Below are positions 29,828 through 43,027 of a DNA stretch of 64,000 nt, piece after piece. The translations under genes were made by a program, and so were the position numbers. Under the pieces are notes generated by a model that made no database searches, was not told the origin of the DNA, and was given only the letters and a program-made list of their open reading frames with translations. The stretch comes from Octopus sinensis (taxonomy: Eukaryota): assembly GCF_006345805.1 (NCBI RefSeq), contig NC_043007.1, positions 26,970,001-27,034,000 of the forward strand. Reading direction: 5' to 3'. Within the stretch, counting starts at the first letter, position 1. The number at the start of each line of letters is the position of its first letter.

Positions 29828-30971
29828 GCAAGGAACTTATGTCAACATCAAAATGCACAAAAAACTTTTAGATGATTGCTCACACGGAGCCCATAGCGAT
29901 AATGAGTGTCTCTTTAAAATATTCCTTTATAAGGAGTGACGTCAAAATGGTTGGATGTAGAAGAATCTAGAAGGTTCTAAAGGTTCAAGGGTTCAAACGA
30001 AGTTGGAGGAGAGAGGCATAAGAATAGGAAGGTGAAAGGGTCATATGAATGGTGAATTTTGTTATTTTCTTTTGTGAATGAGTGCCTGTGTGTGTGACTG
30101 TAAATAACTGCATTAATGTGTGTGTGTGTGTATGTGTGTGCGTGATTGTGTATGTGGATGGGTAGATGTCAGAAAACAGACAGTGGTGAGGTGACAGGTT
30201 TGTGTCTGTTTGTTTGATTGTGCTTACTATAGATAGAGGGAAAGAGAGAGAGAAAGAGAGAGAAAGAGGAGTGCGAGGTAAAGGGACAAAGGCAACACAT
30301 ACCTCACTGGATTGGGTAGTAGTTCTTTGAAAGTATAAAAAATTTTATATATATATATATGAGTGTGTGTCTATGGCTGTACGCATAAATATTGCATTTC
30401 TGCAGTATAAAGAGAGAGGGAGGGAGATATGGGGAGACAGAGATGGAGAGGGAAAGAGTGAGGGAGACAGAGAAATTTGAAGAGTGAGAGAGAGAGAGAG
30501 AGATGTATGTATATCAAAGAAGATGAGATATATATTTCCTAAACGGTTTTACGATCTGCTAAATAGATTTTAGGCAAAACTTCGCTATAGAGATGCAATA
30601 GAACCGAAATACGATCAAAGCTGGTAGCGTATATATAGTCGCCCTCTGCATGTAGAATTGTATTAAGAAGAAAGGCTTCATGAGACTACGATTCAGTGAT
30701 CAAAGATGACTTGATAAGTCAATGATTCAATGATGAGTGATAATAATGCTGAAACCTGATCATATATGTCACCTTTCGAAATAGGATCGATAAGAATATC
30801 TTCGTAACTATGGAAACACAATTTTCTGCTTGTTTTCTTTCTGTAATTGAGAGTGAAAATTCAAATATCGGATTTTTTTTTGTATGTCATTAAGTGTATC
30901 ATCGCTTCACTTATATATATCTGCGCATACAAGTAAGTGTACACTCAAGCGTACGCAAACACTTCTAATTC

Positions 30972-31076
30972 TATGTATGTATGTATGTATGTATGCATTT
31001 ATGTATGTATATATGTATGTATGTATGTATGTATGGTATGTATGTATGTATGTATGTATGTATGTATGTATGTATG

Positions 31077-31153
<77 letters not shown>

Positions 31154-31306
31154 GTCTCTGTCTATCTACCAATCTCTCCATATATCTATCTGTCTCATCT
31201 CTATCTATCTATCTATCAATCTATCTACCAATCGATTTATCTATCCATCCATCTATCCATCGATCCACACATATGCATACACACACATATATATATATAC
31301 ATATGT

Positions 31307-31342
<36 letters not shown>

Positions 31343-31515
31343 GATATATATATAATATAATACATATATGTGTATATATACACTCATACATATACACACA
31401 CATATATATATATGCATTCACGGACAAATACGAACATACACACGCAATCAAATAGACAAACATGCAAACACATACACACACACACATACACACACACACA
31501 CGCACACACACATAA
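30972..31515. repeat. (TATG)n-(TCTA)n-(TA)n-(CA)n compound microsatellite
   Basis: Directly visible. Confidence 0.9.
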
Positions 31516-31673
31516 GTATACGTGAGCTACCAATGTGTGTTTATGAATCCCTGTATGCAACGACATATACATTTCTGTAGCAGCGTCAGATGTTATCCAT
31601 TCCGCTTTCGTTTGCGTGTCCTACCACGGGACCTGTAAAATCAATAACCACTTGCCTAAAAGAAGCGCCGTCT

Positions 31674-32155
31674 TCTTCTTCTTCTTCTTCTCTTCTTCTT
31701 CTTCTTTATCTTCTTCTTTATCTTTTTGCTTCTTCGTCTTCTTCTTCTCCTTCTGCTCCTTCTCCTTCTTCTCTTCTTCTTCTTCTTCTCCTCTTTCCTC
31801 CTCTTCTCTTCTTCTTCTTCTTCTTCTTCTTCCTTCTTCTCTTCTTCTTTCTCCTGCTTCTTCCTTCTCCTCTTCTCTCTCCTCTTCTTCTCTTCTTCTT
31901 CTTCTCCTCTTCTTCTTCTCTTTTTCTCTTCTTCTTCTTCTTCTTCTCCTCTCTTCTTCTTCTTCTTCTTCTTTGCTTCTTCTTCTCCTCCTCTCTTCTT
32001 CTTCTTCTTCTCTTCTCCTTCTCCTTTTCTTTTTCTTTCTTCTGTTTTCTTCTTCTTCTTCTTCTTTTTCTTCTTCTTTTTCTTCTTCTTCTTCTTCTTC
32101 TTTTTCCTCCTCTTCTTCTTCCCCTTCTTCTTCTTCCCCTTCTTCTTCCTTCCTC
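31674..32155. repeat. Long degenerate (CTT)n polypyrimidine tract (~480 bp)
   Basis: Directly visible; source of the poly-E/K/R and poly-L/F/S ORFs. Confidence 0.95.
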
Positions 32156-32558
32156 TTTATCAACCAAGGTTATGTGTCATGGAAGCTTGAGTTCTTTGTT
32201 GAGGAGAATTCTTGACGTATTTTTGCCAAACGTCGAATAGAAGACGTCGATGCTTGAACAGTTCTGCTATTATTTATTCTCGAGCATGTCAACCACCTTT
32301 CTTACGCTGAACAATCCCGGAATTAATAATAACGCTTTCCGTCATTTATATCAAGTGCGTTTGATACATACCAGCGTACATACTACCCTCCATGCCTACA
32401 TACATACATATAAACATACATACATATACACATACATGCATAAATACATACATACATACTTGCATTCATACACACATACATAGACACCCACTAAACTACA
32501 TACATATATATTCATAGAAGCAAATATAAAATCTAACATACACATATGCATGTTTATA

Positions 32559-32630
<72 letters not shown>

Positions 32631-32716
32631 ATTCGAGACAAAACCACTATTTTGCAAAACAAACAAGGAAAGACTTAATCAATACATAAAAATTTTTAAT
32701 ATAAAGAAATAAACCG

Positions 32717-32759
32717 CCACTACAATCGTTTCATGTCTTCAATGACATTCGTCAGGTGG
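32717..32759 (-). ncRNA. Minimal type I hammerhead ribozyme, intact core
   Basis: CCAC-CUGACGA-AUGUC-AUUGAA-GACAU-GAA-ACGAUUGU-A^GUGG; GUA triplet, near-palindromic helix III. Confidence 0.75.
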
Positions 32760-32801
32760 ATTTTCGATCTCCTAATTAAAACAGATTTGGAGATCGAAAA
32801 T

Positions 32802-32844
32802 CCACCTGACGAATGTCATTGAAGACAGGAAACGATTGTAGTGG
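32802..32844 (+). ncRNA. Mirror copy of the hammerhead with a helix II closing-pair mutation
   Basis: Same as 32717-32759 but GACAG instead of GACAU at 32824-32828, giving an A.G mismatch at pair 10.1/11.1. Confidence 0.65.
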
Positions 32845-33020
32845 CGGTTTATTTCTTTATATTAAAATTTTTATGTATTGATTAAGTCTTTCCTTGTTGG
32901 TTTTGCAAAATAGTGGTTTTGTCTCGAATTATATTATATAATATTTTACTATAAAATTGGATTTAATCCTAAATCTGATTTTTCCCTGTAAATTTGGATT
33001 TATTCCCTAATATTTATTAT

Positions 33021-33087
<67 letters not shown>

Positions 33088-33110
33088 ATATTTATATATA
33101 TACACACACA

Positions 33111-33147
<37 letters not shown>

Positions 33148-33587
33148 CACTCACCCACCATAACACTATCCATAGTATATGTGTGTACACACGTACATAT
33201 ACAGAGGCACTCGCACAGACATACACACATATACATTCATGTATACTTACGTACATTTGTACTTACGTACATGCATATACACTCACATATACATATATAA
33301 ATATATGTATGTATATATATTCGTATACACACACAGACACACAGAGAAAGGCATACAGACAGAGCGTTTAGGTTTGGGTCAGTTTGTGGAACGTATATAT
33401 ATTTTACGAACCTGCAACTGCTTGAATCATAGCTTTGTGTTTCACGTTACCGGTTATTCAAACGATTGAGCAAGAGTGCCTCGCAGTATTCCGTAAGCAA
33501 ACTATTTGCAGACAGTTAAATGTGTATCTAGTAGTGATTAATCATGTACATCGAAATAAAAGGGTTTTCCCCATATGTATATATTCA

Positions 33588-33953
33588 TATGAGGATAGAC
33601 TGTGTGGTAAGTAGCTTGCTTACCAACAACATGGTTCTGGGTTCAGTCCCACTGCGTGAAACCTTGGGCAAATGTCTTCTACTATAGCCTCGGGCTGACC
33701 AAAGCCTTATGAGTGTATTTGGTAGACGGAAACAGAAAGAAGCCCGTCGGATATTTGTGTCTGCGTGTTTGTCCCCCACCATCGCTTGACAACCGATGCT
33801 GGTGTGTTTACGTCCGCGTAATCTAGCGGTTCGGCTAAGAGACCGATAGAATAAGTACTATTCTTACAAAGAATAAATCCTAGGGTCGATTTGTTCGACG
33901 AAAGTCGGTACTCCAGCATGGCCGCAGTCAAGATAACTGGAAACAAATAGAAA
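33588..33953 (+). mobile_element. SINE family B, near full length, short linker
   Basis: tRNA-like head, CCTTGGGCAAATGTCTTCT (CORE-like start), about 20-bp TG-rich linker, then the 3' half. Confidence 0.9.
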
Positions 33954-34589
33954 ATACAGGATACAGTGAGAAATGTATTATATAATCGTATGGCTCTTAA
34001 TTATTTAAGTCCAATCACAAACATTGCACCACGTGAGTTGTAATAGGACAGTACCGCCTTCGAGAACCGAACTCTATACCTGCCGAATACTTTACGATCA
34101 TAGTATCCATTACAGCAAATCGATCATATAACGGCTTTAGCCCAAATAAACATCACCATATATACACAAATATATACTGTTTACGTCACAAGCATTCAGA
34201 GAGTTCGAGAAATATGAAATAAATCGTTTCTAACGGAGGAAATCGAAGTGTTTATAGCTTTATCTACTTTTGTGTTTCTCTGATAAATACAAATATATGT
34301 GTTTATGTCTGTGTGTAATTGTGTGTGTTTGTCTGTGTGTGTGGGCGTGAGTGTGTGTACTTATTATGCTTATATGTGTTTGAGTGTTTGTGGAACTGGG
34401 TGACGTACGTAGAACTGACTGAATAAATTTGAATATACTATATAAATGAAAAAGATACTGAAAAAAAAAATTGGCAGAAGTTGTTAGTAATTCTATGTAG
34501 CAAAGAAAACATTGGTATATGATGAAACGTGAATTGATTCAGTGAAATTATTTGGCGTCTTTCTCGGAGATTTAAAAAGTAATTTACAT

Positions 34590-35195
34590 AGACGCAGGCG
34601 TTGCTGTGTGCCAACAACATTGCTCCACAGCCTCGTGGTTCTGGGTTTAGTCAAGGCGGCGAGCTGGCAGAATCGTTAGCACGCCGGGCGAAATGCGTAG
34701 CCGTATTTCGTCTGCCGTTACGTTGTGAGTTCAAATTCCGCCGAGGTCGATTTTGCCTTTCATCCTTTCGGGGTCGATAAATTAAGTACCAGTTACGCAC
34801 TGGGATCGATGTAATCGACTTAATCCGTTTCTCTGTCCTTGTTTGTCCTCTCTGTGCTTAGCCCCTTGTCGGTAGTAAAGATATAGGTTCTGTGTTTAGT
34901 CTCACAGTGTATTACCTGGAGCAAATGTCCTCTACAAACCCCAGTGGCGATCCACCAGCTTTGATCAACCATTGATCCAAATTGCTTCCCAGACCATGAG
35001 AATATATATATATTTGTGTCTTTGTGTTTGTCCCTCACCACCACTGGACAGCTGGTGCTGGTTTGTTCCAGTTTTTTAAAACTCAGAGGTCTGGTATAAA
35101 ACAGCGATAGAATAAGTGCCATGCTAAACAAATGATGGCATAGATTTCTTGGGCGAAACCCTTCAAGCCGCTTCCCCAGCATGAGCACAGCTAAA
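34590..35195 (+). mobile_element. Diverged SINE family B host interrupted by a family A insertion
   Basis: Head at 34590-34652; the host resumes at 34886 and continues to a degenerate 3' half. Confidence 0.65.
34653..34885 (+). mobile_element. SINE family A (Meta-domain-like), full length, with 16-bp TSD
   Basis: TSD GGTTCTGGGTTTAGTC (34637-34652) / GGTTCTGTGTTTAGTC (34886-34901). Central GAGGTCGA-TTTGCCTTTCATCCTTTCGGGGTCGATAAATTAAGTACCA resembles the MetaSINE domain. Confidence 0.9.
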
Positions 35196-35257
35196 TCAAT
35201 GAAAGAAGAAAGTGGTTAAAAAAAAACATAAGAGACACAGAGTACTTTTTGACAAGA

Positions 35258-35659
35258 TGGAAACACAAACCACTGCCAGTGCTTCAAAATGACCACATCT
35301 CACTGCTTCGGACTTTCACGTTCAAACTGACAAAAACAGTTGCAAATAGTCCAGACATTATATTACAGGATTTTAGACAAAACCCATGCCTCCTCATTGA
35401 TATGACTTTTCCAATGGACATAAATGTATCTGTCAAGACCTACCAAAACTGAACAAGTATAAAGATCTTGAAATAGAAATTGTCAAAATGCGGAACGTCA
35501 AGACTAAAGCAATACCTGTTGTCATAGATGCCCTAGGAATGATATCAAAAGGGGCTGACTACTACCTAGCCCAAGTAGCAGGAAATCCCAAAACGGAAGA
35601 AATTGAGAATAGTGCACATAGGAACTGCTCATATCCTACGTAAAATATTGTCTATGTAA
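35258..35659 (+). mobile_element. R4/Dong-type LINE 3' end (second subfamily), frameshifted
   Basis: Joined frames read WKHKPLPVLQND...DFHVQTDK...NSPDIILQD...CLLIDMTFP...KYKDLEIEI...IPVVIDALG...HIGTAHILRKILSM*. An (AAT)/(GAT)n tract follows at 35967-36070. Confidence 0.75.
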
Positions 35660-36402
35660 TCCCCAAATCAATTTAATCCGCAAACTGTTTAATCCGAACT
35701 TTTAAATGTACGTAATAACAAACACCTTGTGCCGTCATCTTAACATCACACTTTCATCTTATAATCAAATTACATTTAAAACAGACTTTTAATTTACCTG
35801 TGTTTTTTGACAGACATTCTCTAGAACAATACTCTCTGCAAAACCAAATATATGGCACCATAGTGGTAACACCCATTTGAACTACTAAACTGTTGTCGTT
35901 TGAGGTCTCTGGGTGAAGGGTGAAAGTTGGAGTCAACTTGTACAAACAGAAAGCAAAAGCGAAACATAATAATAATAATAATAATGATAATAATAATAAT
36001 TATAATAATAATAATGATGATGATGATGATGGGGATGATGATGATGATGATGATAATAATAATAGTAATAATATTAACGAGCATGAAAAATAGGTGAAAA
36101 TATTTAATGGTACGATTTTAAATAAACGTGATATAGTGAATATTTAGATTTTGTGACACCTGTATTTAACACTTATATTTGACGTATTTTATAGCAGATT
36201 GATAAAATAGGCACCTATTTATTGTAAGTGTTTAGAATTACAGACTGCGATAGTTGCCATGCATAAGAAATAGAAAATTCATTCAGTAAGTCCGGATTTC
36301 GCCATGTTCACCAAAATTCTTCCACTGTTGAACCTTCACTGAGCTTTTTGCTACTTCGCAGTTTCCATGTGTCTTCTTTTTCTTTTTGTTGTTATTGTTG
36401 TC

Positions 36403-36672
36403 GTTCTTCTTCTTCTTCTTCTTCTTCTTCTTCTTCTTCTTCTTCTTCTTCTTCTTCTTCTTCTTCTTCTTCTTCTTCTTCTTTTCTTCTTCTTCTTTTT
36501 CCTCTTATCTTCTTTTTCTTTTTCCTTCTCTTCTTCTCTTTCTTCTTCTTCTTCTCTTCTCTTCTTCTTCTTCTTCTTCTTCGTTTTTTTTTCTTCTTCT
36601 TCTTCTTCTTCTTCTTCTTCTCCCACTCTTTTCTTCTTCTTCTTCTTCTTCTTCTTCTTCTTCTTCTTCTCC
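36403..36672. repeat. (CTT)n microsatellite
   Basis: Directly visible. Confidence 0.95.
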
Positions 36673-37269
36673 CTAGCTTTCTATTAACAAAGTAAGTGAA
36701 CTCGATATACCCAAACTCATATCTCTTCATCCCTTAACGATTAAACATCTTATTTCTCATCACCGCTCTTTTCTTTCAAATATATATTTTTTTACTTAAG
36801 TTTTTTTGCATAACATTCTTCAATTCGATGTCACCTTGTACAAACCACGTTGCGAGAAAACTCCGAATTGCAACGGGGCAAATCATCATTTGCTTTTTTA
36901 ACCAGAAATATGTCCTGTCATATCGCTGGCACTTTTTAGTGCTTTCACGGTAACAGTTCATTTCCACCCAATAATGATACAAATCGATACCATTTTGAAA
37001 TAAACGAGATATCTCCTGGAATTCTGTTAACCAATTTCCTGTTTTGTAGAAGGGGAAATGAAATATGAATCATTATTTATTAGCTATTATTGCCTAAATA
37101 AGATCAATAACATTAAACATTAACAGCAATACACACAACAGCACTTACATAACCAATTATCAATACATCAAAGAAACAAACGCGTTGAGTATAATCCACG
37201 TGAGAAAATAACAATGGCGGTGGAGTTTGTGGTGTTACTGCAGCAAAATTCGATAAATAAAATATAAAT

Positions 37270-37654
37270 ATAAATATAAATAAAACTGTAGTTGTGTGAG
37301 TGTCTGTCTCCTTCGATTTAGATTCCTAACTACTCCCACATTTTGCGGTGCAGTTTAACCAAAACCGGGTATCTTATAGTCGTGATTCATATCGAGCCCT
37401 TCTGGGTAGTAGCGCGCGTCTACGATGAGTCTACGATTTTAAAAATAATTTACCATCATTTTTTTCCCATTTTAACGCATATTTGTTTTAATATAAGGGA
37501 AGTAACTCTCTAAAAATGTCTACGATGAGTCAACGATTTAAAAATAAATTTACTATAATTTTTTTCCCATTTTTAATGCATTTTTTTGTTATTTTTTGGC
37601 TATAACTCTCTAGAAATGCTTATAAACCCGAGCAACGCCGGGCGATACTGCTAG
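37270..37654 (+). mobile_element. Non-autonomous Helitron (3' end shared with 14370-14749)
   Basis: Hairpin CCCG-AGCAACGC-CGGG at 37627-37642, then CTAG|T at 37651-37655. Internal ~100-bp-period duplication (GTCTACGATGAGTC...). The 5' boundary is approximate. Confidence 0.7.
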
Positions 37655-38473
37655 TATAAATATAAATATGAATATAAATATAAATAAAAGTAAATATATA
37701 ATTGAAGTGAGTAAAAGTGGGAGAGGAAAATATCTTTGGTCGAGTAGTGTGTGGGGCATTCATATGCTTCGTGTTTAATAAAATGGCGGAGAACATGATC
37801 GAGAGACGGCCACAAGAATTACATGACAGCGGCGAAAAATGATTTTACACTGTAAAGAGTTATGTGAAGAAATTGGAAACACGACAGTTACGCTTCAGCT
37901 ACAACTTTCACAAGACTAAGCGATTTGAAAACCCGTAAATAGTAGAATTTAGGAACCTTTTTTTTTTACTTGAGGTGTTCACATAAACCATAGCTATTTT
38001 AAAATTAGTGAATGTAATTTTTTATTTGGTAGGACAGGCGTCGAAAATGCCACCGAAGTACGAATGCTGGAACCGTTGATGTTAATCCTTATTTATAGAG
38101 GTAAAAAAAAAAAGGTATTGTCAAATTGACATTAATGGCAAGAGAAGAAGGAGTGGGCTCTTATTTTATTTGGTTTCGTAAAATATTTATTGTGAAGCAG
38201 GTTGATGGCAGAATTGAGAAATGTGTGAACGAGCTCCGGGTGAAGTTGTAATTTACGATGATTACGAAACGACGAGAATACAGGGTTATACCGAAAAAGA
38301 TTTACGTGAAAAAAAAAATCTTAAGCGTAAAGGATTCGTGGTTGACGTTGGAGACCAAAAGCCCACATGTCTTTTACAGTGAAACTGAAAGATGAAAGTA
38401 ATTAAAATTAACAAATTTAGCTACGTTTCTTAATGAATCGTTACATCATTACAAATATTCGTTTCTACTCTAC

Positions 38474-38596
38474 GCAAAAACCCCGAATTTTTGGGGAAGG
38501 TGACCAGTCGATTCGATCAACCCCAGTACGCAATTGGTGCTTAATTTATCGACCCCAAGAGGATGAAAAGCAAAGTCGACCTCGGCGGAATTTGAA
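38474..38596 (-). mobile_element. SINE family A 3' fragment with alternative tail
   Basis: Reverse of TTCAAATTCCGCCGAGGTCGACTTTG...GGGGTCGATAAATTAAG. Confidence 0.75.
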
Positions 38597-38614
38597 TATA
38601 TATATATATATATA

Positions 38615-38652
<38 letters not shown>

Positions 38653-38668
38653 GTAAATAGGCAGATAG

Positions 38669-38700
<32 letters not shown>

Positions 38701-39405
38701 CGCGAGAGAACGAGAGCTAGAGAGATATATATGGGTGGATAGATATGTATATATATAAAATATAATATATATATATATACTATATATATATATTATATAA
38801 TATATATATTATATATATATATACTATTATATTTACATATATACATATCTATCCATCATCCATATATCTCTATCTCTCGTTCTCTCTCGTTCTCTTTCTC
38901 TCTCTCTCTCTCTATCTGTCTATTTACCATATAAATACCTCCGTACCACTGTCTTGCTAACGCCAATGCATGCAAAAATTTCATGTGAAAAGATGCGTAA
39001 TATTTGCGGCTGTATGCATTAGAGCGACAGCTCATCAAAATTTCAATGCGAGATGCACTCTTTACATAAAAGTCTGATGTGGTGCCAGTCAACATATAAA
39101 ACCGCAAGCATTATGCAACTTTTCTCAGGGGAGTTTTGCGTGTAATGGCGTTACAAATAGCGTGGTACCGTAATAATTGTAAATGTTACATCAAAGATGC
39201 ACTACATTCTTTCTTTGTCGTCTAACTTTGATTATATTTTACTCTTTGCTAGACTAGAACTTTAGATGCATCGGTGTGGTACGTGGATTATTTACGCCAA
39301 CAGATATTCGATCTTCTTTGAGATTCCACTTTAGGAATACAAACAGCCAGGACTTCGATAGAAGGGTTAATTGAAAATACTCCAGTTTTCTACATATCCA
39401 GCAAT

Positions 39406-39423
39406 TATCTATCTATCTATCTT

Positions 39424-39487
<64 letters not shown>

Positions 39488-39492
39488 CCTAC

Positions 39493-39562
<70 letters not shown>
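39406..39562. repeat. (TCTA)n microsatellite
   Basis: Directly visible. Confidence 0.95.
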
Positions 39563-39563
<1 letters not shown>

Positions 39564-40195
39564 CTAATCCATCTATGTATGTATCTCTCTCTCTTTCTTA
39601 TGTTCCCACATGACGGTGTTCAGCCAAGTCTGACCTTTCTTTCTTGGTTCGGCCGTTGTCCACGCAACATCTATATTCTTCCCTGTGCCTGTGAAATCTT
39701 GTATCCTTGCCATAAGGCTTTACTGCCACACAGGCCAGCTTAATTTAATTCGTCCTTAGTCGAAAGACACCTGTTGTTATGTCCTGTTATTTGTATTTGT
39801 GTAACGTTCTCCGTTTTTTTCCGTCCTTGGTTTTCGTATACATTCGCTGCCTTCTTGCAAGGAATATAATGCTCTTAGAGGTCAATGGCGTTGGAGAGCA
39901 TAAATATTACGTTTGTAGTGGGGAAAAATTACCTGACACGGACATTGGATGTCATGCGGATATTGATAAAGAGCTACATGTGTCACGCCGATTCACGCCA
40001 ACATCATGTCTGCAGCTCCATGCTCTGTAAGCATTGTACAGGTGGAAAAACGATTCCATGGACATTGTGAAATCTGTAATGGTGGTTTAGTATGTGTCCA
40101 TTGACGGTGACATCATGCAGCTCCATCTATGTGAATAGGGCTTTAGACTTAACTCACATGCTATATGATTAATTCTTAGTCCCAGAGATGCTGCC

Positions 40196-40295
40196 NNNNN
40201 NNNNNNNNNNNNNNNNNNNNNNNNNNNNNNNNNNNNNNNNNNNNNNNNNNNNNNNNNNNNNNNNNNNNNNNNNNNNNNNNNNNNNNNNNNNNNNN
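40196..40295. other. Assembly gap (exactly 100 N)
   Basis: N run of round size, typical of a scaffold join of unknown true length. Confidence 0.99.
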
Positions 40296-40335
40296 CCCCA
40301 GTGTCACTTTGATGGCATGAACTGCTCTCTCACTC

Positions 40336-40400
<65 letters not shown>

Positions 40401-40590
40401 CAACAACAACAACAGCATAAATGAGTTTCCGTTCACTACAGCTGTTTCAGACTTCTTCAATATGGATTTTCAGTACACAAGTTCGTTACCCCGGCTATAA
40501 CTTGGTGCTTTCGAATCCTGTGTATATACATACATAAATACATATATACAGAAATACACACACACACCACACACACACACACACACACAT

Positions 40591-40777
40591 ATGCGCAGGA
40601 GTGACTGAGTGGTAAGTAGCTTGCTTACGAACTACATGATCCTGGGCTCAGGCCCACTGCGTGGAACCTTGGGCAAGTGTCTTCTAATATAGCCTCGGGG
40701 CGTTCAAAGACTTGTGAGTGGATTTGGCAGACGGAAACTGTAATAAACCCGTCGTATATATATATATATATATATTT
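40591..40777 (+). mobile_element. SINE family B 5' half ending in (TA)n
   Basis: GCGCAGGAGTGACTGAGTGGTAAGTAGCTTGCTTAC...CCTTGGGCAAGTGTCTTCT...CCCGTCGTATATA. Confidence 0.85.
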
Positions 40778-40853
40778 ATAGGGTGACCCCCCAAAACGTG
40801 AATCCAGAAGTTTTTGAATAGCAAGACGCAGAGGGATGGACCGAGATGAATAG

Positions 40854-40988
40854 TGGTTCCAGCAAGATGGGGCCATCCCCCATGCATCATATGACTCCCT
40901 AGCATGGCTGAGAGAATGATTTCAGGAGAGACTGATCAGTAGGAACTGTAACGTTAAGTGGGTACCGCATTCACCATACGTCGACCCC
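40854..40988 (+). pseudogene. Tc1/mariner-superfamily transposase catalytic fragment
   Basis: WFQQDGAIPHASYDSLAWLRE*FQERLISRNCNVKWVPHSPYVDP matches the QQDGA.PH and W.P.SPDLNP motifs. Confidence 0.75.
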
Positions 40989-41090
40989 GACTGCTGGTCT
41001 TCCATAAACAATCTTGCCCGGTCTTGTGCCTGGGAGGGGAAATTTCTAGGTGCAATCCCATGGTCAGTTATGACCGAAGGTGGTTTCAGC
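40989..41090 (+). mobile_element. 3' end of SINE family C
   Basis: TTCCATAAACAATC...GGAGGGGAA-TTTC--GGTGCAATCCCATG matches the reverse of 7228-7320. Confidence 0.65.
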
Positions 41091-41233
41091 ATATATATAT
41101 ATATATATACAGGGAGAGTTTACGAAAAAAAACAAAAGACGAAGACAGGTGGTGTACAAAACAAACAGATGTATTAGTATAACGCTCAGGAATAGAAAAG
41201 TATTATATATATAAAGATTTAATATATGAAAGT

Positions 41234-41280
<47 letters not shown>

Positions 41281-43027
41281 CTGGTGTGTGTGTGTGTGTG
41301 GGTGTATTATGCATATTAAAGTTTCTTCGCCAACGCTAACGTTTCTAGACTAAAAGTCAACACAAAATGGACTTTTAATCGAATTTTACGACTAAAAACC
41401 CTAAATGCTATGCACCAGCTTGGCTGCGGTCTAATGACTAAAAGGATTAAAACACAACCAAAAAAAAAAAAAACAACAATAAATCAGAAAGAAGGCATTT
41501 AGAAATTCGGATCAGTTCTTGAATGAGATATGGTAACACTGTGAGCAATGAGAACTGCATTAAATTGTTACTTCCTCAGTCTGCAAGTAGTTATGGTTGA
41601 TTCCATGTTGACGCTGTAGAGTTCTTGGGCAGAAACGAATCGAGGTTTGCAATAAAGTCACAAAACACACACTTCAAATAATAATCATTTTATTTCACCC
41701 TTTATTTACATCTGATTTTAAATTGTTCGATATTTGTAATGTATTTAAGAAAATAAAAAAAACGTAATATTCTTGAAATATTTGGCACCGAACGAAGATG
41801 TACGCTTTTTTTTTTTTTGGAAGACTCGGATACTGCGGACTTCTGATATTGCAAAGACATCATTCATGCAAATAGGGGATTCTTTTTCTCCTTTCATATA
41901 ATATTGGTCATAGACTATATTATATCCTTTATACATATACATATATATATAAATGTTAAAGAAGAACCATATACATACATATAGAGCTATATATATATAT
42001 ATATACATATATATATGCATATATATATTTACAGAGATATGTAGATGTCTAAATACAATTATCCACATTGATACACAACATCTATAGCTGAAGCGGGACC
42101 ATGGAGATGTTTATAACAATAATTCTGTAAGAAGATATATTACAATCTAAACGTCCATTCTGTTTATATCTTCCTATTCTCTGTAATTCGGTTATGTCTT
42201 CTTGTTTTGTTGTTTTTTTTTCATTCTTCCTTCTCGCAAAACATCTTGTTTACTTGGGAAAATTAGTTTCCAGAAGAGTAAAGCATTTATCTAGTCATTT
42301 ATTTATTTATTTATTCATCGTCTTCCCCGAGGAGACTCTGACGCAATGACGCATTCCTCGCTCCTTTTTGTGTTCAAAGTCCTCCTTTTTGTATTAAATT
42401 CTCAGATGGCCTTAGACAACTACAAACAAGTCTATTGATTTCTTTTTCGCTAAGAAGCAAACTAAGTTTGTTTGTATGAACAAGGAGAGGAGAAAATAAT
42501 GTGATCTTGTCAATATTACTCAGAGTATTGCTGGGGATTTCATTCCTGGAAGCCAAATATGATAATTAAGAAAAAAACCTATCGCTTGTCTATACTCTGT
42601 TTTCTAACTTATTTCATTTTCTTAGCGCTTATCTCTGACTTGCTTCAATCATTACATTACTGCCATGCTGGGGCACCACCACAAAGTATTTGGTCGATCG
42701 AATCGACCGCTGTTGTTCATTTTTTACGGTTTGGTACTTATTCTATCGAACCTGTTTACCAATCCGCTAAGTCAATGGGATTTAAATAAAAATCCAACAC
42801 TCGTTTTCAAGCGGTGGTGGGAGATCAGGTATAAATACGAAGACGTGCATACTTATATTCATGTATATACATACGACAAGCTTCTTTCAGTTTCCGTCCA
42901 TTAAGTCCGTTCCGTATCCTGGTCAGCCCGAGGATACTGTAGAAGATATACACCGAAGGTGTCAAGCGGTTACTCTGAACTCAGAACCGGGTGGTGGCGA
43001 GCCCTACGACTTTCGCTCACTCTTTCT

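Larger units (their letters stand above)
32621..33006. mobile_element. Penelope-like pseudo-LTR pair in inverted (fold-back) arrangement
   Basis: Arms at about 32621-32772 and 32789-32940 show 2 substitutions and 1 indel around a 16-nt spacer. Each arm contains an HHR. The right copy continues to about 33006. Both outer ends abut (TA)n. Confidence 0.7.

Noticed and set aside
31590-32240. ORFs of 150-216 aa (poly-L/F/S and poly-E/K/R), and similar ones at 36348-36730
   Set aside because: These are translations of (CTT)n, open in most frames on both strands, with no real domain.
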